Shown: positions 58,153 to 64,000 of the stretch, in pieces
Layout: every line of letters begins with the position of its first letter
How positions within the stretch are numbered: position 1 is the first letter of the stretch
Assembly (NCBI GenBank): GCA_009773495.1
Contig: WSXW01000006.1
Location: 9,202 to 73,201, forward strand
Source: Bacillota bacterium
Lineage (GTDB): Bacteria > Bacillota > UBA994
DNA: 64,000 nt
Direction: 5' to 3'
Made by a program: the position numbers and the translations under genes
The notes under the pieces: model-generated
Database searches by the model: none
The model's input: only the letters and a program-made list of their open reading frames with translations
What the model was told of the DNA's origin: nothing

Positions 58153-59520
58153 CTAGACCTCCTTGTAATTGAGGCTGTGCTTCATCAAGGCCAGAGCGGC
58201 AGTTTCGTGCTCCTGACTGAGTACGCCCAGCACTCCCAAGTTATAGTCATGGTCGATAAGAACGGTAAATAATTTGGGGAACAACTCAAGCTTGGCGGTT
58301 ATGCGGAAAGCGTTTTTAAGCATTTCCATCGCTCCTGGTAGTTTCGTTAGGGGGCCGCCTGTACCAATAACCCATTTTACAGAGGTAAGGTCTTTTCCTT
58401 GGGCGATGGTCATGCGGCCACCGGGGCCATAGAGGTGCTTAAGCCGTCCCGAATGCCTGTCTAGAGCTGTTTCCACTGCCTTTTTAGTAAAGAGATGCAG
58501 TGCATCATATTGCTTGGCGGTAGTCGGTATGGGCTGCCAGGAGCTTAGGGTATCTCCCACGTCTATACCCGCCCTGTCGGCCTCACCCGGCCGAAGTAGG
58601 TCTGCGACATGCCTCACGTTCACATAGACCCCTAGATCCCCCTCTACCGTTCGCTTGGCTAGTGGCTCTGGGCTTACCATAAAGCGCACCATCTCGTCAC
58701 TGCCAGGTGTAACGGAGTGGACGTCCGTTGTTGCTCCACCCACGTCCAAGACAACCACGTCACCAATGGCCCGATAAAGAACCTGAGCAGCCTGCATTAC
58801 CGCGCCAGGGGTAGGCATAATAGCGCCATGTACCATCTCGCGGATGCGTTCCATGCCTGGAGCGTGAACGATGTGCTCCTCAAAAACCTGTTGAATGACA
58901 CCGCGGGTAGGCTCGATATTAAGCTCATCTATCCGGGGGTAAACATTCTCTACAGCGATGACGCGTTGATTACGTGCCTGAATGATACCCACAACCTCGT
59001 CGCGACAAGCAACATTTCCGGCGTAGACAATAGGAACGTTTAGGCCAAGCTCTGCTATCTTTTTGGCGTTAGCTATAGCTGTGTTACGCTCACCGTAATC
59101 CACCCCACCCGCCAGCAAAATAATGTTGGGATTGATCTTTTTGATTTGATCTAAGTCATACGCTTGGAGTTCGCCGGCGGTAACCATTTTGACAATAGCT
59201 CCCGCACCGAGAGCAGCCTCCCGCGCAGCTCGAGCCGTCATGTCATGAGCTAAGCCATGTACAGTCATACGGAGACCGCCTGCAGCACTGCTGGTAGCTA
59301 ACATGCGCTGCCATTTGACCTTGCTCTTAAGATTTCTCTCAAGGTCCTCCACAGCGCCCTGCAGACCTATGGTGACATCGCCTTCCTGTACGCTAGTTGG
59401 AGCCACCCCCTGTCCCAAAAACCTTGGAGCAGGGGTGGCTAGCCCAGCAAAGGCGTTTACGACTGTTGTGGTACTCCCAATCTCTGCTACTAACACATCG
59501 GCAGAGATACAATCGCTCAC
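58153..59520 (-). CDS. GlmL/MutL-family ASKHA ATPase (presumed aminomutase reactivase/chaperone)
   Basis: VLVAEIGSTTTVVNAF and VLDVGGATTDVHSV motifs. The GTG at 59520 forms a GTGA overlap with the oraE stop. The ORF-track extension to 59688 lies inside oraE. Confidence 0.78.
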   Translation of the reverse strand: MSDCISADVLVAEIGSTTTVVNAFAGLATPAPRFLGQGVAPTSVQEGDVTIGLQGAVEDLERNLKSKVKWQRMLATSSAAGGLRMTVHGLAHDMTARAAREAALGAGAIVKMVTAGELQAYDLDQIKKINPNIILLAGGVDYGERNTAIANAKKIAELGLNVPIVYAGNVACRDEVVGIIQARNQRVIAVENVYPRIDELNIEPTRGVIQQVFEEHIVHAPGMERIREMVHGAIMPTPGAVMQAAQVLYRAIGDVVVLDVGGATTDVHSVTPGSDEMVRFMVSPEPLAKRTVEGDLGVYVNVRHVADLLRPGEADRAGIDVGDTLSSWQPIPTTAKQYDALHLFTKKAVETALDRHSGRLKHLYGPGGRMTIAQGKDLTSVKWVIGTGGPLTKLPGAMEMLKNAFRITAKLELFPKLFTVLIDHDYNLGVLGVLSQEHETAALALMKHSLNYKEV

Positions 59521-61724
59521 TTCCTGCCACGCTCCCGACGATTTTTGACCATAAAGCTGGCCACATGGATACCCTTTGTGCCACGACCAAAACCAGCATC
59601 CAAACCACACTCTACAGCGACCTCGTGCGTTACCTGTGTGCCTCCGCCGATTAATATAAGCTTCTGACGGACGCCCTTTTCTAGGCAAAGGTCGTGCAAT
59701 TTGCGCATATTGATGCGGTGAATGTCAGCATGAGTGATGATGGTGCTAATGAGTATGGCCGTAGCATCGAGCTCAATAGCCGCATCAACGACTTTCTCAA
59801 TGGGCACAGAAGTGCCCAGGTATTCGCACCGTACACCGTAGCCCTCTAGCCCGCCATGCTTAATATCAATGATCTCTCTTAGACCTACTGAGTGCTCGTC
59901 GCTGCCTACCGTAGCAGCAACAATGCGAAGTGGTTGCTGCGCCACAGCTTCACGCACCTCGTCACCACTCAACACGACTTCTTCCTGGGGCATGCGCAGG
60001 TATTTTGGGTCAATAGCTGTATTAAGTTTACCCTTTACCTCAAGGAAGGTGCCCTCGGCTGCCTGCATGACCTGTTTGTGAATTACCTGAGAATCAGACA
60101 GATTCATCTTAGAAGCTAACTCGATAGCAGCGAAGTGTGCGGTGCGCTGGTCTGTCGGCAGAAACATTTGTACGTTGACAATGCCGTCTCCTGCCCACTC
60201 GACCTCGGGCTTTATCAGCCCCTGCTCCTGCCACTCACTGTTCTCGGACATGCGGCGGTTAACATTGTCCCACTCGTCGAGTTCATCAATGTAGACTATT
60301 TTTTCAGGCTTACATAAGGTACAGCCACAAACCGCATCACAGGGCTGGGACAACTCTTGAGGCACGTTATTCTCACCAAAATGTACGCATACAGGGGCAA
60401 AGTAATCCGTGTCGCGGCGTGTAATGCTGTTTGCAGCGACACCGCCATTGGACTTACGCGCAATACCGTCGCCGTTTCGCTCAGGGTAATGCCCGCTGTC
60501 TACAAAGAAGCCTGCCTCGACAGCGCTAAAGTAACCACCTACTGCGAGCATTTCCTCCATGAACAGCACGGCTCGTTCCTTGAGCTCACGTACCCGCTCT
60601 CCCAAAATTCCGTCACGCTTAATCTCCACCATTTCTTTGATTCCGTCTAACGCTAACAGTGCCTGTTGGGCAGTGTTTACTGCACCAATATTGTTATAGT
60701 GCCAGGGTACATTGCGCCCTTCATCAGGAGTAATGGTGCTTTGGATGTCTACGCTAGTCAAGCGTGAAATCAAGAGGTTCAGAGTGTGACTAACCGTAGC
60801 TTCTCGAGCATCTGACTCGATGTACTTGGTATTCATCTGAGCCCGCATCTTATATTCCTTAAACAGTTCACGTAACGCCACTGCATAAGGGAGGTCAAAA
60901 GATAATGCCGGGACTGGAGAGGCGCTAGGTGGCACAGTGGACAGGCAGATATTCTCTGGCGGCATTCCCACCTGACGAGAATATGCGCAGTTTAGGGCAT
61001 GCTGCACCATGAGTTCTGGCATAACCTTCCAGCCTTCACGGGCAGTGGCGTTAGCATTGTGGGCTCCGTCAATTTGCGCCATACCAGCACTACTCATCAG
61101 TTGCTTAGCCACAGCGGCATCGACAAAGCTGCGGTGCATATTTACATTGCGGTAAAGGACGTTATATTGAGGATCTTGGTGCGCCCCATTTACGCCTTCC
61201 TCGGCAAATAGAACGGCGATTTCTGGGCCAGCCACGCCGCTGACGTAGGAATGGAGATTAATAGGGCGACCTACCTCGTCCTCAATTAGGTCTAGGGCCT
61301 TCCGCGAGGCACGTATTTGTTTGCGTGTAATCGGAACGCCGCCTATACCCTCTGGCGTGCCTTCTATCAAGCCATCGTAGTGGCTCTGTCCGGCAGTGCG
61401 GATAACCATAATGTGATCAGCACCATGCCAAGCAGCCATCCTCATACGGCGCAGGTCGTCCTCGAATCTACCCGAAGCTATTTCCGTTGTTATCACACAA
61501 TCTGGTTGAGGGTCTATGCCGCCAAAGTGTTTGGCAGCAGGAAGAGCAATGCTTTGCTTTAGGCCTTCTGATGTTTGTTTATATGTTAGGCCGTTAATAA
61601 CTTGATTAGGAACTATCTTGCGCCACGTCCAGCCCTTACGGCGGGGGCGATAGGCTGCGAGATTATTCAGCACGAGCCTAACATCTAACTTCTCATTATA
61701 GTTAAGCGGTTTCATTGGCAGCAC
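59517..61724 (-). CDS. oraE: D-ornithine 4,5-aminomutase subunit E (PLP/B12-binding)
   Basis: 735 aa with a C-terminal B12-binding Rossmann segment (RIVAATVGSDEHSVGL). It is preceded by oraS. Confidence 0.85.
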   Translation of the reverse strand: MLPMKPLNYNEKLDVRLVLNNLAAYRPRRKGWTWRKIVPNQVINGLTYKQTSEGLKQSIALPAAKHFGGIDPQPDCVITTEIASGRFEDDLRRMRMAAWHGADHIMVIRTAGQSHYDGLIEGTPEGIGGVPITRKQIRASRKALDLIEDEVGRPINLHSYVSGVAGPEIAVLFAEEGVNGAHQDPQYNVLYRNVNMHRSFVDAAVAKQLMSSAGMAQIDGAHNANATAREGWKVMPELMVQHALNCAYSRQVGMPPENICLSTVPPSASPVPALSFDLPYAVALRELFKEYKMRAQMNTKYIESDAREATVSHTLNLLISRLTSVDIQSTITPDEGRNVPWHYNNIGAVNTAQQALLALDGIKEMVEIKRDGILGERVRELKERAVLFMEEMLAVGGYFSAVEAGFFVDSGHYPERNGDGIARKSNGGVAANSITRRDTDYFAPVCVHFGENNVPQELSQPCDAVCGCTLCKPEKIVYIDELDEWDNVNRRMSENSEWQEQGLIKPEVEWAGDGIVNVQMFLPTDQRTAHFAAIELASKMNLSDSQVIHKQVMQAAEGTFLEVKGKLNTAIDPKYLRMPQEEVVLSGDEVREAVAQQPLRIVAATVGSDEHSVGLREIIDIKHGGLEGYGVRCEYLGTSVPIEKVVDAAIELDATAILISTIITHADIHRINMRKLHDLCLEKGVRQKLILIGGGTQVTHEVAVECGLDAGFGRGTKGIHVASFMVKNRRERGRK

Positions 61725-62077
61725 CCCCTAAAGTATTCACGAATTTCAGTGCCACCAGCATCGGTCATTAACAGCTCAGCCGCTTCCCTGATTCCAGAGT
61801 TGCGCAGCTTAGCTAAGCGCCACACTACATGGCCGGCTCCTTTGCTGAGTAACCCTAAGTCCTCAACACGCTTAACTATTTGCTGTGCCTCTACGCTCGA
61901 AAAACCCATACGAAGAATGACAGAACGTTCGGTAGACGGCGATGTGTGAGTACGAGCCATATCAACTAGGGGTTCCATAATTTTATTAGCTAATTCCCAG
62001 AAACGTTTCTCTAGCTCGGCTTCACTGAGACCTGCTAGGGGTTCACGTCGGGTGGCAAAATCATCGGTACGGTGCAT
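61712..62077 (-). CDS. oraS: D-ornithine 4,5-aminomutase subunit S
   Basis: 121 aa. Size and position immediately upstream of oraE, with a 13-nt overlap. Confidence 0.75.
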   Translation of the reverse strand: MHRTDDFATRREPLAGLSEAELEKRFWELANKIMEPLVDMARTHTSPSTERSVILRMGFSSVEAQQIVKRVEDLGLLSKGAGHVVWRLAKLRNSGIREAAELLMTDAGGTEIREYFRGCCQ

Positions 62078-62116
62078 AGTTATACCTCCTTGTTTAGGGT
62101 GTAAGGAAAACAGAAA

Positions 62117-63520
62117 TCAAGAAACGTAACCCTGTGCCATCCTCAAGACAAACTCCCTGCTCGCTCTGCTATCTTCACATAAGAATTCGATTTCGATCTC
62201 GGAGAGCGGTACTCCATTTTTGCGTTCGAGGGCATTACGCAGGTAAGAGCGGCGCAGATCATCTAGGTTGACTTCGCGTACGGAGAGTTGCTCTGCCTGC
62301 TCGGGGATAATGATATTTGTACCCGGCTTGCTGTCGCGAGGGTCGCCTAAACGGACTTCGATACCCTGCTCACGAGCAAAGGCCATCTGAGCGTTAGGGT
62401 GCTTCCCTGCTCCCGTGTACTCTGTCTCTTGAACAACTATCGTCTGCTCAGCATCAAGCTCCTGCGCTAACACGAAGGCCGCAGCCAGAGCGATATTGCC
62501 GGCTGGCCCTCGTTCGAGCCCTTCGAGCTGTGCTAGCATCTCTGTCACATAGAAGGCCTCACCTTGCGTTACGGTCACGTACCTATCTAGGTAGCGCAAG
62601 GAGCGGGCGGCGTTACGCGGCACATCAGTGCGGTCAGGCCAAGTTGTAAAAGGCATGCCAAAGCCAGTATGACCTGTGGTGAACGACTTGCGGTTAAAAT
62701 CTTTGTCGCTAGCCATATGTAGGCCGCTAAGGTCTACGCTAGCACCTATTATCTGTGTACTATGGGCACCGGCTTTCTGAAGACCTCTGGCTGTACCTGT
62801 AACATTACCGCCACCTGCATGGGTAACGACGACTACATCAGGGTTTCGCCCGGTTCTCGCAACTAGCTGCTCCGAAAGCTCTACTCCTAGAGTTTCAATC
62901 CCCGCTATACCAAAGGGTGTATAGAGAGAGGCATTAAAGAAACCTGTTTCGTCAAGCACCCCGAGGAATAAGGCAAACAGCTCCGGACCTACCGTCAATT
63001 GCAGGACTTCCGCGCCGTAAGCTTCACAGGCACGGCCTTTCTCTAAGATCTCGGGCTGGCCGATACCCCTGCTGTCGTACACTTCCTGTAGGATGATACA
63101 CTTAAGACCGCGCATAGCGGCTTGGGAGGCTACCGCTGCGCCGTAGTTGCCGGAAGTAGCCGCTGCAACTCCCTTGTAGCCTTTCCTAGCAGCGTGATAC
63201 ACCGAGATGGCCGCACGCCGCGCCTTAAAACTCCCGCTAGGGTTGGAGGCCTCATCTTTTAAAAATATGCGGGCGCCTTTGCCGGGCGGAGCAAACTTTC
63301 GCGCTAATCGAGTTATATTTCTAAGCTCAAGTAGTGGAGTGTCCCCTACCCCTACGTCTTTCTGTATACGCGTCATCTCCGCTAGGCTATACCCCGCGTT
63401 TGACATCATCCGCTCGTAATCAAAGGCCAATCCGCCATTTTCAAATTGTGCAAAGTCAAAACCTATGGCGCGAGTCATAATTTCATTGCGACGCTTGACT
63501 AGTTCAGCATAGGTAGCCAT
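62117..63520 (-). CDS. ortB: 2-amino-4-ketopentanoate thiolase beta subunit (PLP, TrpB-like fold)
   Basis: 467 aa with SGSFKARRA (PLP lysine). It abuts ortA with no gap. Confidence 0.8.
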   Translation of the reverse strand: MATYAELVKRRNEIMTRAIGFDFAQFENGGLAFDYERMMSNAGYSLAEMTRIQKDVGVGDTPLLELRNITRLARKFAPPGKGARIFLKDEASNPSGSFKARRAAISVYHAARKGYKGVAAATSGNYGAAVASQAAMRGLKCIILQEVYDSRGIGQPEILEKGRACEAYGAEVLQLTVGPELFALFLGVLDETGFFNASLYTPFGIAGIETLGVELSEQLVARTGRNPDVVVVTHAGGGNVTGTARGLQKAGAHSTQIIGASVDLSGLHMASDKDFNRKSFTTGHTGFGMPFTTWPDRTDVPRNAARSLRYLDRYVTVTQGEAFYVTEMLAQLEGLERGPAGNIALAAAFVLAQELDAEQTIVVQETEYTGAGKHPNAQMAFAREQGIEVRLGDPRDSKPGTNIIIPEQAEQLSVREVNLDDLRRSYLRNALERKNGVPLSEIEIEFLCEDSRASREFVLRMAQGYVS

Positions 63521-63811
63521 CTACACGAGCTCCCTTCTGAGCGTTGGTCCGATTCGCTGCAGCTCAGGTTGAGGCTTGCCAAAATCGTGCGAATAGCGCG
63601 GGGCTGAGTCGCAAACCTTACCGCGCAAGACCCGACCTGATAAGGTTACTATGCTTATATCGTCACTACCCTCAGTGGTTTCAACTGCAAAACCCTTTAC
63701 TCTTGCTATTAGGGGCACCTGTTTGGTACTTTCAGGAATGTTATCGGAGCGCCCGCTAGGTTCAAGAGCTGCCCAGCTTACCTCAACGAACTGTCCCTTT
63801 TGTATTGCCAT
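63521..63811 (-). CDS. ortA: 2-amino-4-ketopentanoate thiolase alpha subunit
   Basis: 96 aa. Size and position upstream of ortB. ATG has AAGAGGTG upstream. Confidence 0.7.
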   Translation of the reverse strand: MAIQKGQFVEVSWAALEPSGRSDNIPESTKQVPLIARVKGFAVETTEGSDDISIVTLSGRVLRGKVCDSAPRYSHDFGKPQPELQRIGPTLRRELV

Positions 63812-63816
63812 CTATG

Positions 63817-64000
63817 TCACCTCTTAATTAGCCTGCTTATATCTCCCATTAGCGCACGAGGAACTGGGAGATCAGCCATTGTCTTAAGACCAGGGGCTGC
63901 CGCAATTACTGCCGGAATCATATTTACAGCCATGGCAATAGTGCCTATACCGCCTGGAATCTCCGGCTTAATTGCCATATTGATGTTAGGTGTACCTGTG
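63817..64000 (-). CDS. ord: 3' end of a probable 2,4-diaminopentanoate dehydrogenase gene (truncated by the window edge)
   Basis: The hand-translated minus frame is open to the window end: ...[47 protein letters not shown]. The position upstream of ortA matches the known cluster order. Confidence 0.55.
   Translation of the reverse strand, partial: TGTPNINMAIKPEIPGGIGTIAMAVNMIPAVIAAAPGLKTMADLPVPRALMGDISRLIKR

Overview
This is a chromosomal segment of about 50% GC by eye. It appears to come from a Firmicute with Bacillus-like core gene order plus clostridial amino-acid-fermentation genes. About 59 of 64 supportable CDS lie on the minus strand.

Contents from left to right:
- a 5'-truncated NamZ-like muramidase
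- a 1.9-kb type II restriction-modification pair between two terminators
- dapF
- a complete de novo purine operon, transcribed purB-C-S-Q-L-F-M-N-H-D-E-K, preceded by a purine permease whose leader resembles a ykkC-family riboswitch
- a DRG-like GTPase
- a PerR / reverse-rubrerythrin / rubredoxin-cupin cluster
- guaA and a 2H phosphoesterase
- groES-groEL with a CIRCE operator
- 5-formyl-THF cyclo-ligase and a radical SAM protein
- a DnaA-box cluster
- thiL-tsaE-tsaB-rimI-tsaD
- a non-syntenic block of unknown function: an orphan GlmL-like ATPase with a 372-aa partner, two paralogous small proteins, a membrane protein, a C26 amidohydrolase and an ACC-deaminase-family enzyme
- mazEF-alr-ydcC-acpS and an Fe-S protein
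- sigW-rsiW-TPR-cdaA-cdaR-glmM-glmS with the glmS ribozyme
- a roughly 10.5-kb citrulline/ornithine fermentation cluster, transcribed ord-ortA-ortB-oraS-oraE-glmL-orr-arcC-arcB plus a COG2403-type P-loop gene

I saw no rRNA, tRNA, CRISPR array, transposase or integrase. The most unusual sequence-level property is that almost every long intergenic spacer carries 7-nt-periodic tandem arrays, dispersed repeat modules, perfect 20-nt palindromes, or 53-bp and 67-bp tandem repeats.

All calls rest on reading the sequence and ORF translations and on motif recall. No searches were run. Several ORF-track starts were re-derived by hand from start codon plus Shine-Dalgarno context.
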